From Sedimenticola sp. (GTDB lineage Bacteria; Pseudomonadota; Gammaproteobacteria; Chromatiales; Chromatiaceae): a DNA stretch of 64,000 bases. The DNA is taken from NCBI GenBank assembly GCA_011051655.1, contig DRKS01000053.1:11790-75789 (forward strand), written 5' to 3'. Within the stretch, counting starts at the first letter, position 1. Every line of letters starts with the position of its first letter. The translations under genes were made by a program, and so were the position numbers. Shown one piece after another: positions 41,500 through 48,999 of this stretch. The notes beneath the pieces were generated by a model that searched no databases, was not told the origin of the DNA, and worked only from the letters and a program-made list of their open reading frames with translations.

Positions 41500-42810
41500 A
41501 TGAACGGCATTTTTATCAGTTATCGTCGTGAAGACTCGGAAGGTTTTGCCAGGAGCCTGTTCCAGAGCCTGACGGCGCACTATGGCGCCGACCAGGTCTT
41601 CATGGACGTGGAGGATATCGAGTTGGGGCTGGATTTCGTCGAGGCCATCGACAAAAGCCTCGGCGCCTGTGACGTGCTGCTGGTTCTGATAGGCAAAGAC
41701 TGGCTCAGCTGCACCAACGCCGAGGGCCGCAGGCGCCTGGACGATCCCGAGGACTTCGTCCGTATCGAAGTGGCCTCGGCGTTGCGCAGGAATATACGGG
41801 TGATACCGGTCCTGGTGCGCGGCGGGGTCATGCCGAAAGCGGAAGAGCTTCCAGAGGATTTGCAATTGCTCACGCGGCGCCAGGCCCTTGAGCTTCGGCA
41901 TGACCGCTGGAACTCGGACATCGAACGCCTGGAGGCGGCACTGGACAAAATGCTGGGCATTGTCCCTGACGGCCCCGCCCCCGCCAAAGCGCCGAAAGGG
42001 CCGCCCCTGCCCCCCGCTGAGGCCGGGCCGGCCAAGGCGGCCAAGCCCAAGAGAAAGAAGCTTTTCATTTTGGGAGCGGCGGCCGTTGTGGGGCTTCTGG
42101 CGGCGGGCCTGATCTGGATGCAGGTACCGGACCCCATGCCGGCAAGGCAACAGGGGCAGGTGTATGAGGCCAGCCCCGTTGCAAGGCCCGAGGCGCAACG
42201 GCCTGCGGAGCCTTTCCCTGAGCCGGCCGTGAAGCAGACGGCGCCGGCAAGGGCGCCGGAGCGCCCCCGCCGCCGGCCCGAACCTCCGGATGGCATGGTC
42301 ATGCAGGCGCAGGAACTGCTGACCGAACTGGGCTACGGCCCCGGCCCCGTGGACGGCCGGCCGGGTGCACAGACCAGCCGCGCCGTGCGGACCTTCCAGC
42401 AAGAGGTGGGCATGCAGCCCGACGGCCGGATTACAGAAGGCCTGATCGAGAGGCTGACCGAGGTCATGATCCAGCGCCAGGAGGCCGCGGCCGCTGGAGG
42501 AAGCGCCGTCGCGCTGGATATGTCCGGCACCTGGTATGACGACAAAGGGCTGTATTACGTCACGGTTCAGTCCGGCAATATGGTGCGCCAGGAGGCCTAT
42601 TTCACCCTGGGGGGCGCCTTTGTCGGAAGGGTGGAGGGGGTTCTGAATGGACACGTCCTGAACTACCGGTATGGCGCCTTCGATGGTTCCATGGGCGAGG
42701 GCCGGGGGGTGGTGTCCGAAGACGGCAATCACATGGAGTACGTGGTTACCAACCTGGTTACGGGCATACAGGAATCCGGCGTGTTGCACCGGAACCATTT
42801 GCCACATTAA
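41500..42810 (+). CDS. Membrane-anchored TIR-domain protein with periplasmic PG_binding_1-like domain and an unassigned C-terminal domain
   Basis: N-terminal TIR_2-type domain: IFISYRREDSEGFARSL, DVLLVLIGKDWL and DFVRIEVASAL, with the candidate catalytic Glu present. Then a single TM (LFILGAAAVVGLLAAGLIWM) and a Pro-rich linker. Next is AQELLTELGYGPGPVDGRPGAQTSRAVRTFQQEVGMQPDGRI (PG-binding-like). The last ~110 aa are a Gly/Tyr/Val-rich domain. Confidence 0.85.
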   Translation: MNGIFISYRREDSEGFARSLFQSLTAHYGADQVFMDVEDIELGLDFVEAIDKSLGACDVLLVLIGKDWLSCTNAEGRRRLDDPEDFVRIEVASALRRNIRVIPVLVRGGVMPKAEELPEDLQLLTRRQALELRHDRWNSDIERLEAALDKMLGIVPDGPAPAKAPKGPPLPPAEAGPAKAAKPKRKKLFILGAAAVVGLLAAGLIWMQVPDPMPARQQGQVYEASPVARPEAQRPAEPFPEPAVKQTAPARAPERPRRRPEPPDGMVMQAQELLTELGYGPGPVDGRPGAQTSRAVRTFQQEVGMQPDGRITEGLIERLTEVMIQRQEAAAAGGSAVALDMSGTWYDDKGLYYVTVQSGNMVRQEAYFTLGGAFVGRVEGVLNGHVLNYRYGAFDGSMGEGRGVVSEDGNHMEYVVTNLVTGIQESGVLHRNHLPH

Positions 42811-43053
42811 CCCGCATTTCTCACCAGGCGGACCCAGTTAATTGAGAAATTTATGAAATTCAATGTAGTTGGCCTCATAAGGTGATGGCGGTTAATTTAT
42901 ACTCTGTCCTATTTGGTTTTTGGGGCAAGCTGGCTTCGCATCTTGAACGATCAGCCTTGAACCATAGCTACGGCTATGCTTCGGCGGCCGATCGTCCAAC
43001 CTGCTTCGCCAGCTTGCCCCAAAAATCCAAATCCTGGTGAGAAATGCGGGTTA
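42808..43053. mobile_element. MITE-like nonautonomous element (~246 bp) with 21-bp perfect terminal inverted repeats
   Basis: TAACCCGCATTTCTCACCAGG at 42808..42828 and its exact reverse complement at 43033..43053. There is also an inner ~40-bp imperfect inverted repeat (ATTTGGTTTTTGGGGCAAGCTGGC...). No ORF. The left end includes the TIR-gene stop codon, and the right end abuts the yhcB RBS. Confidence 0.7.
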
Positions 43054-43060
43054 GGAGGCG

Positions 43061-43702
43061 ATGATGAATTTAAAAGCAATTCCCCTGGATGCCGGCATGC
43101 TCGTTTTCGCTGCGGGCATTGTTGCCGGAGGCCTGGTGCTGATGCTGATCATGTTGGCCGGCCGCCGGCGTGACAAAGGGGCGGCGGATGAGCTGGTGAA
43201 GATCAAGCGGGAACTGGAACAACTCAAGGATGAGTTTCAGCTCTACCGCGACAGCGTGGGCCGGCATTTCAGCAAAACAGCGGAGCTGGTCCATTCCATG
43301 ACGGAGAGCTACCGTTCCGTCTATCAGCATCTGGCCCAGGGCGCCCAGGATCTTTGTGATGACAAGGTTACGAAACTCGTCGTGCAATTCGGCGAATCAA
43401 GGCTTGTCGAGTGGGCAAAAGAGCCTGTTGCGGGCGCCGGGGTCTCGCCGGCTCAAACCAAAGACGAAGTGGCCGGATACATAAAGCTCAGGAAGCCGCT
43501 GCAGGTGAAGCGTGCGATGAGCAGAGAGAATGGCCATGAGGCCGCCGGACGCGCACCGGCACCGGCCGCAACCGCCTCTTTCGATAAGCCGGAAGAAGCC
43601 AAGGCCGCTGAGGCCCCCGACGCTGATCCGGCTCCTGTGCAGGGCTCCTCGGCCGTATTGCGCGAAATGGAAAGGGAGGTGCAGGCTCACGGTTCCCGCT
43701 AG
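43061..43702 (+). CDS. yhcB: YhcB/ZapG-family (DUF1043) inner-membrane protein with extended C-terminus
   Basis: N-terminal TM, then ELEQLKDEFQLYRDSVGRHFSKTAELVHSMTESYRSVYQHLAQGA, which is YhcB-like. Confidence 0.75.
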   Translation: MMNLKAIPLDAGMLVFAAGIVAGGLVLMLIMLAGRRRDKGAADELVKIKRELEQLKDEFQLYRDSVGRHFSKTAELVHSMTESYRSVYQHLAQGAQDLCDDKVTKLVVQFGESRLVEWAKEPVAGAGVSPAQTKDEVAGYIKLRKPLQVKRAMSRENGHEAAGRAPAPAATASFDKPEEAKAAEAPDADPAPVQGSSAVLREMEREVQAHGSR

Positions 43703-43708
43703 CCTCCG

Positions 43709-45532
43709 TCAACGCTCCTGCCGCCCGTAGAGCGAGGCATAGAGGCCATTGCTGCCGATGAGCTCATCATGCCGCCCCTCTTCCACGATGCGGCCGTCCT
43801 CGAACACCAGCACCCGGTCCGCCTGTTTCACCGCGCTCAGCCGGTGAGCGATGATGATGGTGGTGCGGCCGTGCAGGAACTTCTGCAGGGCGCTGTGCAG
43901 GCGGGCCTCGGTGGTGGTGTCCAGGGCCGAGGTGGCCTCGTCCAGAATGACGATCCTGGGCTCGGACAGCACCATGCGGGCCACCGCCAGGCGCTGGCGC
44001 TGGCCGCCGGAGAGACGGATGCCGAAGCGTCCGATGAGGGTGTCCAGGCCCTCGTCCAGTTCGCGGATGGTTTCGCTCAACTGGGCGATGTCCAGCGCCT
44101 GCCAGAGCTTCTCCTCCGGGATCTCCCGTCCCAGGGTCAGGTTCTGGCGAATGCTGTCGTTGAACAGGGCGGGGTGCTGCAGCACGGTGGCCACGTGATC
44201 CCGCACCACATCCATGCCGATTTCGCTCACCGGGACGCCGCCGAAACAGACCTGCCCGGACTGGGGCGGATAGAGCCCGAGCAGCACCTGCACCAGGGTG
44301 GTCTTGCCGCCCCCGCTGGCCCCCACCAGGGCCACCTTCTCGCCGCTGTGGATCTCCAGGGAGACGTGGTCGAGCACCAGTGGCCCGTCGCCGTAGGCGA
44401 AGCAGACATCCTCCAGGCGTATGGAGGTGGTCGGCCGGTTGGCGAAGGGGTTGCGCTTGTGGCGGTAGGCCGGTTCCAGGTTCATCCGGATGAGCTGGTT
44501 GATGCGCCCCAGGGCCGCCTGGGCCCCGTTGTAGGAGTACTGGATGGCCAGCACCTCCTGCACCGGGTTCATCATGAACCAGAGATAGGCGAATACCGCC
44601 AGCATCTGGCCGATGCTGAGATCGGAATAGAGCACCATGAACATGCTGACGGCCCGGAAGATGTCGAAGCCGAACAGGAAGACGACGAAGGACAGCCGGG
44701 CCGCCGCGTCGCTCTTCCAGGTGAAGGCGGCGGAGCTTTTGCGAATCTCCCCCGCCCGGTCGATGATGCGGCGGATATAGTGGCGCTCCCGGTTGCTGGC
44801 CCGGATCTGCTGGATGGCGTCCAGGGTCTCCGCCAGGGACTCCTGAAAGGCCTGGTAGGCGCTGTTCTCCCGCCGTTTCAGCTCCTTGACCTTGTGCCCG
44901 AATACGGTGGTGACGTAGATGACCACGGGATTGAGAACCAGGATGAACAGGGCCAGCCGCCAGTTCATCCACAGCAGCACGATGGCGGTGCCGACAATGC
45001 TGAGCACCGCCACCAGGAACTTGCTGGTGGCGACGCCGACGAACTGATCCACCGCATCCAGGTCGGTCACCAGGTGGGAGGCCACGGTGCCGCTGCCCAG
45101 GGTTTCGTACTCCGCCATGGAGACCCGCTCCAGCCGCAGCAGCAGGGCCTTGCGCATGCGGTAGATCACGTCCTTGGCGATGAGAGTGAACTGGCGCATC
45201 TGCCACACCCCCAGGACCAGGGCGATGAGGCGCAGCACCAGGGTCAGGGCCAGGATGGCCAGGATGTAAAGCACCGGACCGTGCCAGCTCTCCGGAAACA
45301 GCCGGTCCATGACGGCCACGGAGATCCCGGGCTGGTGGAGCAGCACCTCGTCCACCAGCAGGGGGATGAGCAGCGGGATAGGCACGCTGACCACGGCGCC
45401 GAGGATGGCGATGATATTGGCCAGCACCAGCTCCCGCCTGTGGCGCAGCACCATGTCGGTAAGCTCCCGCCAAGTGTAATCCCTGTTGCGGATGCGGGGG
45501 GGGTGAAATGGTGATTCTGCTGCGTCGGACAT
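43709..45532 (-). CDS. ABC exporter, fused permease/ATPase (MsbA/multidrug type)
   Basis: Six-TM N-domain. Walker A GASGGGKTT, signature LSGGQRQR and Walker B ILDEATSALD. Confidence 0.93.
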   Translation of the reverse strand: MSDAAESPFHPPRIRNRDYTWRELTDMVLRHRRELVLANIIAILGAVVSVPIPLLIPLLVDEVLLHQPGISVAVMDRLFPESWHGPVLYILAILALTLVLRLIALVLGVWQMRQFTLIAKDVIYRMRKALLLRLERVSMAEYETLGSGTVASHLVTDLDAVDQFVGVATSKFLVAVLSIVGTAIVLLWMNWRLALFILVLNPVVIYVTTVFGHKVKELKRRENSAYQAFQESLAETLDAIQQIRASNRERHYIRRIIDRAGEIRKSSAAFTWKSDAAARLSFVVFLFGFDIFRAVSMFMVLYSDLSIGQMLAVFAYLWFMMNPVQEVLAIQYSYNGAQAALGRINQLIRMNLEPAYRHKRNPFANRPTTSIRLEDVCFAYGDGPLVLDHVSLEIHSGEKVALVGASGGGKTTLVQVLLGLYPPQSGQVCFGGVPVSEIGMDVVRDHVATVLQHPALFNDSIRQNLTLGREIPEEKLWQALDIAQLSETIRELDEGLDTLIGRFGIRLSGGQRQRLAVARMVLSEPRIVILDEATSALDTTTEARLHSALQKFLHGRTTIIIAHRLSAVKQADRVLVFEDGRIVEEGRHDELIGSNGLYASLYGRQER

Positions 45533-45722
45533 GTAGGAAGAAAAGAAGTGGGTGACCGCAGTGGGCGCGCGGCTGCCGATTGTAACGTATGCCCGCCAGG
45601 GTGCGCCAATGGCTTTTTGTGGGCCGCCCCCCGTGCCCGTTGTAGCATTATTAAACGGTTACGCTGTATTATTGAATGGATTTCTATTTTTAGCCGGCCC
45701 GCCGGCCGCCTGGTGAGGGAAA

Positions 45723-46610
45723 ATGCGCCGCCTTTTGTTATTGTTTCTGCTGCTCCAGCTGCCGCCGGCCGTCGCCGGGGCCTGGGCGGCATCCCCCCTG
45801 CTGCTCGAAGGCGCCTTCAGCCAGGGCGGATTGGTGCAGGGGCGGACGGACCCGGCGGCCCGGGTGGAGCTGGACGGCCGCCCGGTGCGTGTTTCGCCGG
45901 AGGGCCTTTTTCTGATCGGCTTCGGTCGCGACGCTCCGGCGGAATCGACCCTGCGGGTGACATACCCGGATGGCCGGGTGGAGCAGCGGCTGCTTCAGGT
46001 GGCGAAGCGCCAGTACCGCATTCAGCGCATCGACGGCCTGCCCAAGCGCAAGGTGGTGCCGGAAAAGAGGGATCTCGAACGCATTCGCAAGGAGGCGGCC
46101 CTGGCCCGCAAGGCCCGCAGGCGGGACGACCCCCGCACGGATTTCGCCTCCGGATTCATCTGGCCGGCGCAAGGGCGCATATCCGGCGTCTACGGCAGCC
46201 AGCGCATTCTCAACGGCCAGCCCAGGCGGCCCCATTACGGCGTCGACGTGGCGGCCCCCGTCGGCGCCCCGGTCAGGGCCCCCGCTGCCGGCCTGGTGAC
46301 CCTGGCGCACCCCGACATGTTCTTTTCCGGTGGCACCCTGATCCTGGATCACGGCCACGGCCTCAGCTCCTCCTTTCTGCACCTCAGCCGCATACTGGTG
46401 AAGGAAGGGCAGCGGGTGCGCCAGGGCGAGGTCATCGCCGAAGTGGGCGCCACCGGGCGGGTGACCGGCGCCCACCTGGACTGGCGCATGAACCTGTTCA
46501 CCAAGCGGCTGGATCCGCAATTGCTGGTTGCGCCCATGGGGGAGCACAAGAAGGTCAAGGCATCCGAAAAAGCAGCGGCCGGGGATGTTTCCGATGAACC
46601 GAAGGGATAG
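45723..46610 (+). CDS. M23 family metallopeptidase (secreted)
   Basis: Signal peptide, then HYGVDVAAPVGAPVRAPAAG and GATGRVTGAHLDW motifs. Confidence 0.9.
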   Translation: MRRLLLLFLLLQLPPAVAGAWAASPLLLEGAFSQGGLVQGRTDPAARVELDGRPVRVSPEGLFLIGFGRDAPAESTLRVTYPDGRVEQRLLQVAKRQYRIQRIDGLPKRKVVPEKRDLERIRKEAALARKARRRDDPRTDFASGFIWPAQGRISGVYGSQRILNGQPRRPHYGVDVAAPVGAPVRAPAAGLVTLAHPDMFFSGGTLILDHGHGLSSSFLHLSRILVKEGQRVRQGEVIAEVGATGRVTGAHLDWRMNLFTKRLDPQLLVAPMGEHKKVKASEKAAAGDVSDEPKG

Positions 46611-46613
46611 AAA

Positions 46614-47930
46614 ATGAAGAAACTCTGCCTTGTGGTCATGCTGGTCCTGTTCTGTGGGGCGGCGCCGGTTCATGCCCTCGATCTGCTCGAGACCTATGAT
46701 TTGGGCCGGCAGAGCGATCCTCAGCTGAGGGCCTCCAGGTCGGCGCTGGAGTCGATGCGGGAGGCCCGTCCCCAGGCCCTGGCCCGGCTGCTCCCCACCC
46801 TGTCCGCCGGCGGCAGCCTGAAGCGCACCCACCAGAACGCCAGGGGTACCGGCTTCAGTTTTGGGGGGGCGGGCGACGATCTCTACAACCAGACGGGACT
46901 CACGCTGAGCCTCAGCCAACCGATCTACCGCCGGGACTACTGGGTCCAGCTGCAGCAATCGGACAACCAGATCGCCCAGGCGGAGGCCGAATACGTCGCC
47001 GAGGAGCAGGACCTCGTGATGCGCATCGCCCAGGCCTATTTCGATGTGCTCGCGGCCCAGGACACCCTGAGCTTCGCCCGGGCGGAACAGGCGGCGATAC
47101 AGCGCCAGCTCGAGCAGGCCAAGCAGCGCTTTGACGTGGGACTGATCGCCGTCACCGACGTCCATGAGGCCCAGGCGGCCTTTGACAACGCCAGGGCCGA
47201 CGTCATCCAGGCCGAGAACGAACTGGACGATGCCTGGGAGGCCCTGCACGAGATTGTCGGCGACACCGAAAAGGCAATGGCCCTGCTGGCGTCCGATCTG
47301 CCCCTGAACCCCCCCGAACCCCAGGCCATCGATCAGTGGAGCGAGGTGGCCGTGCAGCAGAATCCGCGTCTTGTCGCCCTGCGCTGCGCCACGGAGGTTG
47401 CAAGGCAGAACATCCAGTTGCAGCGGGCCGGCCATCATCCTTCCCTGGAACTGGTGAGCGACTACGCCATAAACCGCACCAGCGCATCGGGCAGAAGCGA
47501 TTCCGATGTCGGCAGCATCGGGCTGCAGCTGAACGTGCCCCTCTTTTCGGGGGGAGGCGTCGTTTCCCGCACCCGGCAGGCGCGCCACGATTTCGACAAC
47601 GCCCGGGAGAACCTGGACAAGCAGCGCCGCGCGGTCAAGCGCCAGGTGCGGGACGCCTACCGGGGCGTGGTATCCAGCATCAGCCGGGTCAAGGCCCTGA
47701 AGGCGGCCACCCTGTCCGCCAAGAGCGCCCTGGATGCCACCGAGGCCGGATTCGAAGTGGGAACCCGCACCATGGTGGATGTGCTGGTCGAACAGCGCAA
47801 CCTCTACCGGGCCAGGCGCGACTACTCCCTCGCCCGCTATGAATACATCCTCAACAGCCTGCGCCTCAAGCAGGCCGCCGGCAGCCTGTCGCGCCAGGAC
47901 CTGGAAAGCCTGAACGCCTGGTTGGAGTAA
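46614..47930 (+). CDS. tolC: TolC-family outer-membrane efflux protein
   Basis: Signal peptide, then LLETYDLGRQSDPQL, with the duplicated OEP repeat architecture; 438 aa. Confidence 0.9.
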   Translation: MKKLCLVVMLVLFCGAAPVHALDLLETYDLGRQSDPQLRASRSALESMREARPQALARLLPTLSAGGSLKRTHQNARGTGFSFGGAGDDLYNQTGLTLSLSQPIYRRDYWVQLQQSDNQIAQAEAEYVAEEQDLVMRIAQAYFDVLAAQDTLSFARAEQAAIQRQLEQAKQRFDVGLIAVTDVHEAQAAFDNARADVIQAENELDDAWEALHEIVGDTEKAMALLASDLPLNPPEPQAIDQWSEVAVQQNPRLVALRCATEVARQNIQLQRAGHHPSLELVSDYAINRTSASGRSDSDVGSIGLQLNVPLFSGGGVVSRTRQARHDFDNARENLDKQRRAVKRQVRDAYRGVVSSISRVKALKAATLSAKSALDATEAGFEVGTRTMVDVLVEQRNLYRARRDYSLARYEYILNSLRLKQAAGSLSRQDLESLNAWLE

Positions 47931-47975
47931 GGCTTTAGTACTCTGTCAACCTGATAATTTAGGATACAAAAACAT

Positions 47976-48077
47976 TTAACCGCAGAGGACGCAAAGCTGC
48001 GCAGAGAAATGAAATGCTGGCCAGCTTATTGATAACAAATAAAAACCTCTGCGAATCTCTGCGTCCTCTGCGGTTAA
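47976..48077. repeat. Palindromic REP-like element in an AT-rich convergent spacer
   Basis: TTAACCGCAGAGGACGCA (47976..47993) pairs perfectly with TGCGTCCTCTGCGGTTAA (48060..48077). It shares the CAGAGGAC(A/G)CA core with the element at 14431. Confidence 0.88.
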
Positions 48078-48120
48078 TATTTATCTTTTACCAATCCTAA
48101 TTTATAAAATTGATGAAGTA

Positions 48121-48999
48121 CTAGCGCTCCCGCCGCGAGAACATCAGGCTGGTGATCTGTTCCGATACCAGGCCGATGAGGAACACCAGCAGGGAGGTGG
48201 ACAGCAGCAGGGCGCTCATGTTGGTGAAGCGTCCCTGGGTCAGGTAGGTGTAGGCGTAGAGGCCCATGCCGGAGAGGAAGGCGGCGATGCTGATGGGCAG
48301 GAACAGCTTCAGGGGCGAATAGAGGGAGCCGATCTTGAAGATGATCACCAGAAAGCGCATGCCGTCCCGCAGGGGGCGGATGTGGCTTTTGCCGCGGCGG
48401 GGCCCGGCCTTGATGGGTTCGTAGGCCACCGCATAGCCGCAGCGGAAGAAGGACATGGTGATGGTGGTGGGATAGGAGAAGCCGTTGGGCAGCAGGTGCA
48501 GGAAGGAGCGGAATTTGTTCCCGTCCACCACGCGGAAGCCGGAGGTCAGGTCCGGTATGGAGTGACCGGCCATCCAGCTCGCCAGCCGGTTGTAGAGCTT
48601 GTTGGCCACGGAGCGCCCCATGCTGGCCTGGGAGCCCTTGATGCGGGCCCCCACCACCATGTCATAGTCTTCGTCGAAAAAACGGCGCAACAGCCGCCCC
48701 ACGTCCTCGGGCTGATGTTGGCCGTCGGCGTCCATGAAGACGAATACGTCGCCGCAGGCGGCCCGGGCGCCCTGCTTGACCGCGCCGCCGTTACCCAGGT
48801 TGTAGGGCAGATTCAGCAGGCGCAGGCCGGGGATCTCGTCCGCCAGTCCGGCCGTGTCGTCGGTGGAGCCGTCGTTGACCACCAGCAGTTCCGCGCCGGG
48901 ATGGAGTTCCCGCAACCTGGGCAGGAGCCTGCGCAGGGATTCGGCCTCGTTCTTCGCGGGGATGATGATGCTGACCTTCGGTTCGTTCTCGTTGCTCAT
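48121..48999 (-). CDS. GT2 polyprenyl-phosphate glycosyltransferase (GtrB/ArnC/DPM1-like) with two C-terminal TM helices
   Basis: VSIIIPAKNE, VVNDGSTDDT and FMDADGQH motifs, plus a C-terminal membrane hairpin. Confidence 0.9.
   Translation of the reverse strand: MSNENEPKVSIIIPAKNEAESLRRLLPRLRELHPGAELLVVNDGSTDDTAGLADEIPGLRLLNLPYNLGNGGAVKQGARAACGDVFVFMDADGQHQPEDVGRLLRRFFDEDYDMVVGARIKGSQASMGRSVANKLYNRLASWMAGHSIPDLTSGFRVVDGNKFRSFLHLLPNGFSYPTTITMSFFRCGYAVAYEPIKAGPRRGKSHIRPLRDGMRFLVIIFKIGSLYSPLKLFLPISIAAFLSGMGLYAYTYLTQGRFTNMSALLLSTSLLVFLIGLVSEQITSLMFSRRER

Noticed and set aside
39034-43060. Whether the lower-GC stretch (small membrane ORF, ppk2, SLATT, TIR) is a prophage or integrative island.
   Set aside because: No integrase, tRNA attachment site, direct flanking repeats or phage structural genes are visible. 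Only the MITE-like element at the right border hints at mobility, so I report it as a possible acquired cassette rather than as an island.
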